Assembly (NCBI RefSeq): GCF_006345805.1
Contig: NC_043007.1
Span: 31,310,001-31,374,000, forward strand
From: Octopus sinensis
Lineage: Eukaryota
Reading direction: 5' to 3'
DNA: 64,000 nucleotides
In this document: piece by piece, positions 51,235-64,000 of the stretch
Position numbering within the stretch: position 1 is the first letter of the stretch
Layout of the letters: each line of letters opens with the position of its first letter
Translations under genes and position numbers: made by a program
Notes under the pieces: model-generated
What the model saw: the letters and a program-made list of their open reading frames with translations, nothing else
Told to the model about the DNA's origin: nothing
Database searches by the model: none

Positions 51235-52209
51235 GTTTCTCTGTCTGCCTACCTGTCTGTCTGTCTGTCTGTATGCATGTAAACATACACATAATGTATA
51301 CATATATATTATTGTCTTTTGTAGAGTACGAATTCATTATTCTTAAACAAGAATGTTGTTGGCAGTGACTTCAAAGTTTCGATATTCACATATTTACACA
51401 CACACTCACACACACACACACACACGCACGCACACACGTGTGTGTGTGTATTTGACGCCACAACACGAGGTGCGTTCTTGTCGTCTGTTTCTTCGCCCAC
51501 CTTTTAAGATCGACCTCATTCTGTGCAAAGGACTCGACGTCAGTTAAATAAAAAAAAATCACATGATATCATAATAGTATAATTTAGTTGATTTTTTTTA
51601 CAACAATTACATTTAACAGTCAAAAATACAACACTAGACGCCATACACCTGTGTCTCTCCTCTCTCCTCCTTTCTCTCCAAGTGGTTTGGCTATCAGACA
51701 CCGTCGAGATTTTGTCATTATTCCAATACATTTCTATATAAGTTTCTGTGTCAAAAGAACACGGGGGAGAAGTCAGTTGATGGAAGTGCGAGGGGTTCTT
51801 ATATGAAATGTGAATGGCTATACAAACAATGAAGAAAGAATACAAAAGGAAATTAAAAAAAAAATAAAGAAAGTGAATGGAAGAAAGGGAAGATGAAGGC
51901 AAACGTTGATGTATTAAATAATATATTAGTCGTAGGTGGTTTTTTTCCAGCCAATGGGTTATGAGTACACTTCCCTACATGCTCAGCAATTGCGTGGTTT
52001 GGCCTCTTTTCCCATTATTTAAATGTAAAACCGTGAACTGTTATTTGTATCGCGAATTACAAAAACCAGATTTAAAAGATAAGAAATATTTAATATATTT
52101 AATTAAGAATTTATATTGTAGTAATATAATATATATCAATATATAATATATTGTATTAATAATGTGTTTTAAGTGATACGATAAACTATGACGATATTAA
52201 GGACTTTTA

Positions 52210-52400
52210 ATATCTCTATTATATAAAATCCGTTCTGTCTGTCTGTATATGTGTCTTCTAGGATCTCGGGCATCCTCCATCCGATGGCGCTCAAATTTGA
52301 TATGTAGATACCGACGGTATCAGAGCGTGTATAAGTCTTGAAAAAATTACAAAAATCGATTCCAGGTGAGAATGCGATCGATAAAGCCGTCTGTGTCCTG
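52210..52400 (+). mobile_element. Possible Helitron-like non-autonomous 5' segment
   Basis: atctctattatataaaatccgttctgtctgtctg start. Confidence 0.3.
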
Positions 52401-53428
52401 TTTTTCTTCCGTCAACCTGTACATAACTGCACCTTCCATTTTTTGTTGTTTTTGTACTGCTTAAAGGCACGTTTCTTTCCTGCCAAGCTTACTGTTTAAA
52501 CCATGTTTGTGTTCTCCCAGACAACAGCCTTATCATTACTGGTACTTTAAACTTTTCGGTTGCATATTTGTGTGAATAAAATCGTTTTTCTTTGGAATAG
52601 AAAAAAAAGTCTATCTTTATTTCTTCTTTTGCCGGTGTCTCAAATTTAGGTTAAATCAGTGTTTCTCAAAGGGGAGACCTATGGGACGGTCGGACAAGTT
52701 GTTTTGAGAAAATTTGGTTTAAATGTTTGACAACTCAGAACCGTCCATTGGACGGGGGTGGCGTTTTGCTCGTATTAACATAAAATTAGAATATTTAAAT
52801 ATTATAGGTGCTGATATGACTGTGTGGTTATGAAGCTCGCTTTACAACTACGTAGTTTCAGGTTCAGTCCCTCTGCTCAGCTCCTTGGACATTTGTTTTC
52901 TGTCATTCCATTCGATGTTAAGTATGAGAGCCCAATATTTGCTCGAGAATGGTTATATTGTAGGCTTGAAGGAAATAGCTTTGAGAGATGAATGCCTTTA
53001 TCAAGACAACGGTGTCTTAATTTTGAAACACCTCAGCCTTCGACAAATCGATCAGCTGAGAGAAATGTTATACCATTTCTTTTGTAAGTATTGACTCAGA
53101 ATTGCCACCGAACAGAACATCATTCTAGCGAATTCTCTCGACGAAATCTTAAAAAAGTATAATTCTATGTTGGTTCATAGATGGAATATACAAGCACGAC
53201 ATTGTCTGTTATATCTGACATTATTTAACTCAGTAGAAATTGATTCAAGCGTTAACTCAAGAAAAGTTTTCAACGAACACAGTTGATGTCAATGAGATGT
53301 CACACAGCCGCCATCATCTCTCTTATTTCTGTCCTTCTCTTCTTTTGTCCGAACGTCTGTCTGTCTGTCTCTCTTCATGTGTGTTTCTCATTGTCTATCT
53401 CGCACTTTCTCTTTCCACTATTTCAGAG

Positions 53429-53464
<36 letters not shown>

Positions 53465-53529
53465 AGGGAGGTTGAAAGAGAAAGGAAAAGGTATTTGATG
53501 TCATACAGTATTGTGAGTGGTCACCCACA

Positions 53530-53619
<90 letters not shown>

Positions 53620-53727
53620 GCATACATACATGTAAGTGTGTGTGTATAGCTTTAGATAGATAGATAGATACAATAAAGAAACACGCACTGCCGACATCTA
53701 TTGGTGTGTATATGCATGTATGTATGC

Positions 53728-53760
<33 letters not shown>

Positions 53761-54109
53761 AATATAATATAAGCTCCTGTTCATACACACACACATCTTT
53801 GCTTGTGTGCATGATTTAATTAAACTGTACACTAGAAATGCCAGCCTTTATACGGGCGAGTCTCTATGGTATTGAAATACTTCACTTTATTTGCAACAGT
53901 TAGTAATAGCTAAAATAAAAAAAAGCATTTGACTTAATGTCACATTTATTAATCGCTAAGAGTGTGAGAAGCGGAGGCCGTGTTTGGTAGCTTCCATTGC
54001 AAGAGTCTCTCTCTCTTGAAGAAGAGTTTGATAATCAGATAATATCAAAACAATCAGCGTTTGTAATTAAAGGCAGATTCTGCAGAGCGTCGGAAAAATG
54101 CTTTGAGCC

Positions 54110-54790
54110 ATTCATTTAAACTCTTTACGTTCTGAATGCAAATCCGCCCCTTTTCTGAGCATTGAATGATGGAACCGGTGCATTACTGTGTCAGCACCTA
54201 CATTTCAAACATCTAATTCAATCTCCTACTTCTCATTACGCGCGAATTCCTCCAATTGTCCTGGTAGTGTTTTACTGATATGCAGAATTCACTGGGGAAA
54301 CTTTCTTGAGAGAACCATTGTCTTAGTCTTTGAAACACTAATTCTCATCCCTGCCTTGCGAAACCTGGAAGTTGTTACATGCAAAAAACCACTTTCTGAT
54401 GAGCCGAGTAGCATCGTGTCGTTTGCAAATATCAAGCTAACTTATCCTACATCCATCGACTGTGATATCACTTTCACCACGGCTATGCATGTCAATCTGG
54501 TTCATAAAAATTTATATAAAGGATAGCTGACAATACTCACCCAAGCTGAAGTTCAACACCCACGCAGGAAGCTTTCGAGATAGCACCATTGACTCGAACA
54601 CAAACACCTCGGCATTCGTATAGAGAGTTCACGGTAACCAGAAGTTTCCCATTCGTCCCAAACTCCTACAAACCTCTCCTCTGCCTGGCCCACGGCACAC
54701 GGTCGTATGCCTGTTCGAGGTCTACAAACCAAGCAGACACCTCTTGGCAATATTCCCACGATTTATCGAAGACCTGGCGATGAAATAAAA
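54110..54790 (-). pseudogene. Decayed RTE LINE reverse transcriptase fragment
   Basis: VFDKSWEY..FVDLEQAYDRVP (RT motif F.DLxKAYDRV) ...LIFANDTMLL (FADD-like) ...AGMRISVSKTKTMVLSRK, with stops. Confidence 0.75.
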
Positions 54791-55199
54791 AATAAAACTG
54801 CTGGCGCATTTCACATATAAATTTTTTTTTCAAATTAGAAAAGAAAATATAGAAAACCATTTGTGACCTTGTTTTATTAAACATAATTGTGTGTAACATA
54901 ATTATGAATAACAGGTTTTGCAAGATGGTCAAACATTTATATTTTTAAAAAATTTGCGAGACACCGGGTGTAAAGTGATATAAGCTGCAGGAATGTGTGA
55001 CTATTGTTGATAGTGTTAGGTTGTTAATATTAAATAGGATGACGTAACAAGTATTTTTTTTTATATATATAAATATTTAATATAAATGGGGCAGCAGGTA
55101 AAAACATGTTTATGAAAGAAAATTGAAATAACTGAATTCCACGTTTTATTTGCAGCCAAGTTTTTCTTGAAATCAGGACATTTTAATTACTCTCTCTCT

Positions 55200-55780
55200 C
55201 TCTCTCTCTCTTAGCTCTTAGATCCTCAAGGTATTGATAGCACAATGGGAAACGAGCTTTCTTCAATCACCCCGATTGTTCGCTTTCCTCTTAGCTCCAC
55301 TCGTCGCTATCGTGTCGTCCCAGAACGTACTGCTCCACATCTTCCTTCGTCTTCCACTCAGTATTTTTTCCTCCTTCTGGCGTCCACTCCATCACGATGG
55401 CAGCATGTCTCCCTACGGTCATCGAAGCACATGGCCTGTTGACTGTATCCGTTGCTTGGTCACCATGCCCTGCAAACATTACATACCAGATCTTATCAAC
55501 GTTTTTCTCGTTTCTCGCTCTGTCTCGATAAGAGATGCCTAGGGTTGAACGTAGACAGCGTCGATGAAACCCGTCCAGCAGTTGAGAGATCTTCACTGAA
55601 ATGGCTGAGAAGCAGGGTAGAAAGTGAAGAAGGGAAACCCGGATTTCAAAAGGAGTGAATGGCGTAAATGCTGCAAGTACGACAGTTTTCTTGCATGAGA
55701 TGCGTGGGGGATCGGGAAACGATGCATTTGCTCCGATTTAGAAATGGAGTTAGAGACTTCGCTGCAGAAGCGGCAGAACC
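55200..55780 (-). pseudogene. Decayed RTE LINE C-terminal / 3' end
   Basis: LDGFHRRCLRSTLGISYRDRARNE...AGH...MEWTPEGGK, typical of the RTE C-terminus; ends at (AG)n. Confidence 0.75.
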
Positions 55781-56724
55781 AGAGGAATTATGAGATGTCA
55801 GATTTGGTAAGAATGGGATGCGAGTAAATAGGGAGAAGGAAGAAAAAGTCGATGTAGAAGCGTGGGTTAGGATTAGGGTTTGTAGTTGATTCGTACGAAA
55901 TATGGAGGTTGTCGATCGATGGAAGGATTAAAGGTAGAAAAGAGGGAATCCCAGTGCAGAGGGGAAATTGTTGATGAAGAATATAAAGAGTATGAGTTGT
56001 TCTCTGAGTGCAGTGGCACTGTAAAGCATGTCCATTGTATCGGTTTCTTTTCATTTTTCGGAAGCTAAGTCAATTTTGGTTCGGTTTATTCAATTACCAT
56101 TCCGTTGGTTACTACGGCGAGTATTCCAGTTGATCCGATTAATGGAACAGCCTGCTTGTGAAATAAGCATGCAAGTGGCTGAGTATTCCACAGACACACG
56201 TACCCTTAACGTACTTCTCTGGTAGATTCAGAGTAAGACAGAATTTGACAAAGCTGGTCCCATTGAATTACATGTACAACTTGTTTTTGCCAGCTGAGTG
56301 GACTGGAGCAATATGAAATGAAGTGTCTTGCTCAAGGACACAACACATTGCTTGGAATTGAACACATGACCTTACAATCGTGAACCGAATACCTTTACCA
56401 TTAGATTCGGCTTAATAAGACAGTGAACTAGCAAATTAATTTGGCCTGTAGCGAATTTGGGGATGGAAATGCCGTACTTAGTTGGGGATGGCCAGTTTGG
56501 AGCAGCCTCAAGTATAATCAGCCGAAATTACGAAGATAATCTGGAACTCGACTGAGGAAAAAAACTACGAATGACCCGTCCTTGTTTTCTTTGTATTGTC
56601 CATCTGGATGTTTTGTTGTCCCTTTTTTGTATCACTTAACTGTCCGGATGTTTTGCGTTCTTGTCCCATTTTGTATTTTGTGTGTGTGTGTGTGTATGTG
56701 TGTGTGTGTGTGTGCGCGTGCGTG

Positions 56725-56757
<33 letters not shown>

Positions 56758-57028
56758 AGCAAATGGATGCTGAATTTTTGAACAGAATTTGAAACCTAAG
56801 TCTGAATGTTTCTGCAAGCGTCTTTTCGTAGTTCTCTGGAGTTGCACTCGAAATTTATGAGTGTCACCCGTCAAATTCCTCACCATCCCAGGTTAAATTC
56901 CGTTCAACCTAGATAACTCAGCAAGTTTCCTGAAATTACAAACATGCAGCCTTTCCAACTTGCCATACGCAGCCTCTACCAAACCTATTACCGATTACCA
57001 ATCACGCACACAACCGTTACACACAAAC

Positions 57029-57072
<44 letters not shown>

Positions 57073-57654
57073 TACATAGACACACACACACAGACACACG
57101 TATATATTGCCCTACATTTTAAATAATTAATGATTCGTCTGTTTCATTGCTGACATAACGATGTTAACACGAAGATATTTCACACTTTCATCAAAATCAG
57201 ACGACACACACATACTCACACACACACATTATATATATATAGCAATAATAATTAAACTATTGAGAGTTGTTTTTTGACAAGTCTGATAAGTTATTCTACA
57301 TTAGGTTTTAAATTTGTTACATTCAATGGCGTATTTCTTTAGAACGAATTTTAAGTACACTCAACAAATGTATTTGTTTCCAATCCTATGCAACATCGGA
57401 CCAAATATCCGGCAAGCTTGGAACAGGAAGTGATCCGGATTTCTAGATTTTCCGATTTTCTGGAGACTACCTAAATATATACTTAAAGTATGAAATAAAC
57501 TATGCAAAGTAAAGAACTAAATTGTGCTGAATAGACTCAAAATTGATACACTTCTAAAGCAGGATCTGTTTGATATTTATTCATCCACTTAAAACTCTTA
57601 AAATGTAATCATACTGTGTCGTGTATAGAACGTAATATATATAGGCCTGATAAA

Positions 57655-58150
57655 AGGCGGCGAGCTGGCAGAATTGTTAGCACGCCGGGCAAAATGCTTA
57701 GCGGTATTTCGTCTGTCTTTATGTTCTGAGTTCAAATTCCGCTGAGGTTGACTTTGTCATTAATCCTTTCGAAGGCGGCAATCTGGCAGAATCGTTAGCA
57801 CGCCGGGCGAAATGTGAAGCGGTATTTCGTCTGCAGTTACGTTCTGAGTTCAAATTCCGCCGAGGTCGACTTTGCCTTTCCTCCTTTCGGGATCGATAAA
57901 TTAAGTACCAGTTACGCACTGGGGTCGATGTAATCGACTTAATCCGTTTGTCTGTCCTTGTTTGTCCCCTCTGTGTTTAGCCCCTTGTGGGTAGTAAAGA
58001 AATAGGTATTTCGTCTGCTGCTACGTTCTGAGTTCAAATTCCGCCGAGGTTGACTTTACCTTTCGTAGTCGATAAAATAAGTACCAGTTGAGTACTGGAG
58101 GTTCGATGCAATCGAATTATCGCCTCTCCCAAAATTACTGGCCTTGTGCT
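57655..58150 (+). mobile_element. Tandem array of three SINE-2 units
   Basis: Heads at ~57657 and ~57775; internal restart at ~58004. Confidence 0.85.
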
Positions 58151-58289
58151 TGTGGCAATATTTGTATAAATCAATATTTATAGGATGAAAATCGAAGGAA
58201 GATCACTTTAACGGATACAAAGTATAAATTAATACATTTCTAAAGCAGAGAGTGTTTAGTGCTTATCAATCTACATAAAAAAAGAGTAC

Positions 58290-58725
58290 TCTCTTTTACT
58301 CAGTCATTTGACTGTGCCATGCTGGAGCACCGCCTTTAGTCGAGCAAATCGACCCCAGGACTTATTCTTTGTAAGCCTAGTACTTATTCTATCGGTCTCT
58401 TTTTGCCGAACCGCGTAGTTACGGAGACGTAAACACACCAGCATCGGTTGTCAAGCGATGTTGGGGGACAAACACAGACACACAAACATACACACACACC
58501 ACACAACACACACACACACACACACCACACACACACACACACATACACACATATATATATATGACAGGCTTCTTTCAGTTTCCGTCTGCCAAATCCACTC
58601 ACAAGGCTTTGGTCGGCCCGAGACTATAGTAGAAGACACTTGCCCAAGGTGCCACGCAGTGGGACTGAACCCGGAACCATGTGGTCGGTAAGCAAGCTAC
58701 TTGCTACACAGCCACTCCTACGCCT
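58290..58725 (-). mobile_element. SINE-1 full copy
   Basis: Family match. Further minus copies at ~31335-31620, 36625-36790, 47093-47420, 61615-62060, 62533-62730 and 63676-64000. Confidence 0.85.
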
Positions 58726-59523
58726 ATATAAAGAACAAAATTATTTTTAACACATCGTAGGCACATTAACCAACAAAACAGCGACGCGGTGGACTGTGAC
58801 TTAACATGCGAAATTCAAAACGAACCACTTCGAAAATAATCGGTTTTTTGGTAATTCCGGATTTTTGGAACTCTATATATTCCGTTTCGTTCTAATTTAC
58901 TTCCGTTTAGAAAAAAACGCCTTTATAATTCTAATACCCGAAATCCGTATTTGAGACGTCGTATATTTGAAAGATCTGTTGCTATTCCATTTAATGTGTC
59001 TCGCCGTGGTTATTTTAAACTTAGGCTACGACTCTCTTAATGTGGTTAGCGCCAGCCTCGATATCGGTTTTCCTGTCGACATCCAAAAGTTTAACATTCC
59101 AGACAGGTTTTTTCCTTAATAGACAACCGAATATCACATTACGAACACTCGCAGTCGGACCTCAGAGACTAACTTGATTCTTGACAGAAACAGCATTAGA
59201 GGTCATTTGGAATCTTGTCAAATGTTGACAAGCCAACTACGAAATCTTTATGCGGTCGTTCGACTTGCTAGAAATAGTAGCCAAATGTTTCATTCTACAG
59301 TCTACTGTTTTCTTTTTCTTTTCTTTTTTTTCTTCTTTTAAGCGCGCACATTCGTTAGAGAATGTAGTTTTGCTACATTATTGTTTGTAAAAGAGACAGA
59401 ACGAACAGGATATGAGCGCTTTTGAACATGTCTGCTCTGATCGACTAGGAAATGGCATGTTAAACAACAACAACGACAATAACAACACTACAGCAGCAGC
59501 AACAACACTCCAACAGCAGCGGT

Positions 59524-59715
59524 GTGGAGGCGCAATAGCCCAGTGGTTAGAGCAGCGGACTCGCGGTAGTAAGAACGCGGTTTCGATTCCCAGGCCGGGC
59601 ATTGTGAGTGTTTATTGAGCAAAAACACCTAAGCTCCACGAGGCTCCGGCGGGGGTGGTGGTAAACCCCCCTGTACTCTTTCACCACAACTTTCTCTCAC
59701 TCTTTCTTCCTACTT
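59524..59715 (+). mobile_element. SINE-3 copy
   Basis: Family head match. Confidence 0.8.
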
Positions 59716-59989
59716 CTGCCACAAAGCAGAGGAACCACTATGGTGTGGTAAAACTTTCAGGCCCTCGTCTAGATTGCGAATCCTCTGTACCCCAGGATGG
59801 TTCAGCTCTCCACCCGTTAAAATCCACCGTTTACGGAATGAGGATAACAACGTAGCTTTCGCGCCCGTGCAACCGCCAGTCTATCGCGTGTGGTGGGTGG
59901 ATCTTCAAGTTGCCACACGCATTCTTAGTAGCTTGGAGTAGGCTCGAATTAGAGATTATTCTTTGTGGCTAACGGCGTGGGGCCTGATT

Positions 59990-60082
59990 GGAAGAAGAAG
60001 GAGGAGGAGAAGAAGAAGAAGAAGAAGAAGAAGAAGAAGAAGAAGAAGAAGAAGAAGAAGAAGAAGAAGAAGAAGAAGAAGA
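59990..60082. repeat. (GAA)n trinucleotide tract; similar tract at ~40690-40795
   Basis: Direct reading. Confidence 0.95.
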
Positions 60083-60515
60083 CAGTAGCGGTGTCAACAT
60101 AAACAGCAGCATCAGCATCAACACCACTAACAACAACAACATCTACAAAAACAGCAACAACAACAAAGAAGAAGAGGATAGTTTAAAATCTAATTAAACT
60201 TTAAAAATAAAACTGTTGCAGAACGATTATGATGTCTAATAGCTGTGTGAAGGTGCGTGGCCTGGTGATTCGGGTTTAGCTCTCACTATCCAGCGACCGT
60301 GGGTTCAAGTCCCAGACCAAGCAGCGCGTTGTGTTCTTGAACAAGACGCTTCATTTCACGTTGTTTCAGTCCACCCAGCTGTAAATGGTACCCTGCAACA
60401 GGTTAGTCTTCCGATCAGTGGGGGATGTTGGCTTGCTCTCCTGAAAACGATGCAAAGCGCATTGTGACTAGCGATGTATAACAGCATCTGACAATCTGGT
60501 CGATCACGTGACTAT

Positions 60516-60884
60516 CTATTTAACTGTGCCAATGGTGTGTCTTAAGGAAACACGAATCGAGGGCGAAGAACCGTTGTCGATGTTACTGCAAGATCTAGTG
60601 ATGGTCTGTGTTAGCGACATTAAGAGAATTCCAAAAGAGTTTGTTAGTTCAATTGGAGCGTTAGAGTCATTGGAAAATAAATACCAGTAATATACGAGAG
60701 TCCAGTGAGCCAGATACGTGTCGCCGGGGCAGCCCTTAAGTTCATCTATGTAGATATATACAGCAAACGTAAAAGTGCCGCCCTCATATAAAGCATTGCT
60801 CAGGGCGGAGAGCCCACTTGATGTCCTCTCATCTGCAGCTGCGGGAATCATTGGTCCCGGATATTTTGACTTCTCCCGTAACAA
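60516..60884 (-). other. Unique-sequence 122-codon ORF, possible exon
   Basis: TE-free, non-repetitive ORF containing GTFTFAVYIYID. No secure homology. Confidence 0.3.
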
Positions 60885-61156
60885 ACTTTACCATGTTCCT
60901 TTTGAAAAATATGACCTGTAGAAAATAAGTGTCAGACTTGAAAAAAAACCCTACTAGGGAGGATATATTCAATCAAACTCTTTAAGCTGGTGTCCCAATA
61001 ATGACCGCAGTCCGGTGAGTGCAAGAAAGTAAAAGAAAATGGCCCCACAATTAGGGAGAAAAAGATAATCATTATATTGCTTTTTCTAGAGTGTTCTCAG
61101 CGCGTTGAGTATATCTTGAACTAACAACAACAACAACAACAACAACAATAATAATA

Positions 61157-61202
<46 letters not shown>

Positions 61203-62099
61203 TAGTAATAATCAGGGTCCTTTTAGAGAAAGGTTAAAATGAGCAAATTTACATGAGAAGTCATCTTTAAAGTGAACTGTGAAAATTGTGAGAGCTTTAC
61301 AGCCGCCCAAACAATTAAAATAAACAAAATATATCCAGTTTCTTCTTCATGCAAACCATTTGAAAGGCCAACTAACATTGGCGTATAATGTTTTGACATT
61401 TTCAGATTAAACTCATCTCAAATGACAAGTGGCTTCATGGAAATTTGAATTTTAAAATGAGTTAGCGACAGTTACGGCCAGAAATATTAGGAACGATGCA
61501 ATGACTGAATACCGCGTCGTGGGATTAAGTTTTACGAAAACAAAAAAAAAACAGAATCTAATCATATCACTTTATATCTATGGTTTCCAGTCCAGGTAAA
61601 TCTCAGTAATATCTTTGATCTTTTACTTGTTTCAGTCATTGGACTGCAGCCATACCGGGGCACCGCCTTTAGTCGAAGAAATCGACCCCCAGGACTTATT
61701 CTTTGTAAACCCAGTATCGACCCCAGGACTTATTATTTGTAAGCCCAGCACTTATTCTATCTGTCTCTTTTGCCGAACCGCTAAATTTCGAGGATATGAA
61801 CACACCAATATCGGTTGTCAAGCGATGGTGGGGGGGACAAACGCAGACACATACACACACACACACACGTATATATATATATATATATATATACACGACG
61901 GGCTTCTTTCAGTTTCCGTCTACCAAACCTACTCATAAGGCTTTGGTCGGCCCGAGACTATAGCGGAAGACACTTACTGAAGGTGCCACGCAGTGGGATT
62001 GAACCTGGAACCATGTGGTTGGTAAACAAGCTTCTTACCACACAGCCACTCCTGCGCCTATTTAATTATGAAAATATAAATAGGATCCTTTAAACATCA

Positions 62100-62166
62100 G
62101 ATGGCTTTGCGGGTCCACCAGGAATTAAAGGGGTCCATGGATAAAAGCCAGTTGAGAATCACTGCA
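62100..62166. mobile_element. Possible hAT-type terminal inverted repeat remnant (similar motif at 52657)
   Basis: gttgagaatcactg here and cagtgtttctcaaa at 52657 resemble hAT CAGTG TIRs; no paired end found. Confidence 0.25.
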
Positions 62167-62753
62167 TTACACCATCATACAGTCAATGATGTGTAACGGT
62201 TGATCGTATGATTGTATCGATGACCTTCTGTAATGGTTTGATTGGCAATTGGTATTGGGAACGAGTGTGGTGGAGGCTGCGTGAGGCGGTAAGAAATATA
62301 TGGGTTGACGAAGGAAACGTATTCATCATACATTTAGTCAACTGTTACGATCGATTTTCCACAACTGCATCGAGTCGGGAGTATAATAGGTAAAAAGGAG
62401 GATGGTAATAATAATCGCAAGGGTATCGCATAAGAAGACATTAGTGTGTGTGTGAGTGAGCGCGCACGAAATGGCTCTTAGTGAAGGTGCTAGAAAACGA
62501 CAGGAACAAACTCCTTACTCTCTCTCTCTCTCTTACTCTTTTACTTGTTTCAGTCATTTGACTGTGGCCATGCTGGAGCAGCGCCTGTAGTCGAGCAAAT
62601 CGACCCCAGGACTTATTCTTTGGAAGCCTAGTACTTATTCTCTCGGTCTCTTTTTGTCGAACCGCTAATTGACGGGGATGTAAACACACCACCATCGGTT
62701 GTCAAGCGATGTTGGGGGGTGACAAACATAGACACGCACACACACACACATAT

Positions 62754-62806
<53 letters not shown>

Positions 62807-64000
62807 CATATATATATATATTCTCTATTTTCGTGACTAGGTGGACACTAGTTTGATAGTTCAGCTCTAATTGGCTGTATGTAAATGAGTCCATAACTGG
62901 GATCCGGAACTCTCGTGGGAAACAAATTTCGCGGGTGGGACATTGACCAAGACGTTAACCAGCAAGAGGAAATGTCCTCTTGGGGGGTTAAAATAGCCAC
63001 GTTGAAGTGGCGACAAACATCACAATCCAGTGTCTGTTCACTACATATGCAGAACATATTCTCCTAGTCTGTAATATTCGTCCGGTAATATCATCCGGTC
63101 GTTGAAACCCTACTAAAGCCTCCCCCTTCGTCTCTCTAGCTTTTCCCCTCTGCCTGACACTTTATACACACACAGAAACACGCACGCACGCACGCGCACA
63201 TACCCACACCCTCAAACTCGTGCGTGTGCGCACAAAGAATCTATTGAAACAGGATGTTTACATTGCAGCTCGAGTTTCACGCTACCACAATCTTCAACCC
63301 AGAACCGTTACAAGAACTGTTGGGGGAATATTTATATCCATTGTTGTGGGTGTGGTCGCTTGCTTATGTGCAGGATCACATGTACTGTGTGTTGGGTAGC
63401 AGGCAATATGAGAGCGCTTTGAAATAAATTGGCAGACGATAATTCATCCTTATAACTATATATTCAAACGTTACGAAGTTTTTCACAGCTTCTACGAGTC
63501 GGAAATAAAATATCAATAAGTTTTGATAGAGAATCTCTGGTCGTAGGCAACTACTAAATTGATGTGAGGCTCGCAAGAGGTTGTCGTCGGTGACATGATG
63601 ACAATTTGTCTGAAAGTGATCGAAGGAAGAGAGATGGATAGAGAGTATATATATATATATATATATAATATATATACTCTTTTACTTGTTTCTATCATCT
63701 GACTGCGGCCATGATGGAGCACCGCCTTTAGTCGAGCAAATCGACCCCAGGACTTATTCTTTGGAAGCCTAGTACTTATTCTATCAGTGTCTTTTGCTGA
63801 ACCGCTAAGTTACGATACGGGGACCTAAACACACCACCATCGGTTGTCAAGCGATGCTGGGGGGGGGGGGACAAACACAGACACACAAACATATACACAG
63901 ACCTACACGTATATATAGATATATTCGACGGGCTTCTTTCAGTTTCCGTCCACTAAATCCACTCACATAGCTTCAGCCGGCCCGAGGCCACAATAGAAAA

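Noticed and set aside
54188-54526. 112 aa plus-strand ORF in apparently unique sequence
   Set aside because: It is the antisense of a decayed RTE reverse transcriptase on the minus strand.
56540-56585. CTGAGGA...CGAAT hammerhead-like relic
   Set aside because: No stem II pairing and GAAA is broken; at best a dead remnant.

Overview
AT-rich, microsatellite- and SINE-saturated eukaryotic DNA. The repeat landscape looks like an Octopus-type cephalopod genome (inferred from repeat style, not verified). The only gene I can confidently name is VPS39/Vam6: its last two coding exons lie on + at 3317-3408 and 13334-13418, separated by a ~9.9 kb intron. Most of the rest is four tRNA-derived SINE families, an RTE-associated minisatellite repeat, decayed LINEs (Tx1/L1, RTE, CR1-like, R4/NeSL-type RLE), fold-back elements and simple repeats. 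Nearly all ORFs in the supplied track are microsatellite or TE artefacts. A promoter-like island at ~27.3-27.8 kb and several splice-bounded unique islands suggest one or two further unidentified genes, at low confidence. The best leads are: (i) three minimal type-I hammerhead-ribozyme-like motifs with different core variants, including an apparent G3:C8 compensatory swap, two of them inside Penelope-style fold-backs; (ii) a Tx1-like LINE whose copies abut (TCTA)n arrays and whose 3' end resembles a SINE tail; (iii) an adjacent inverted SINE pair in the VPS39 intron. All analysis was by eye, so repeat coordinates are approximate.
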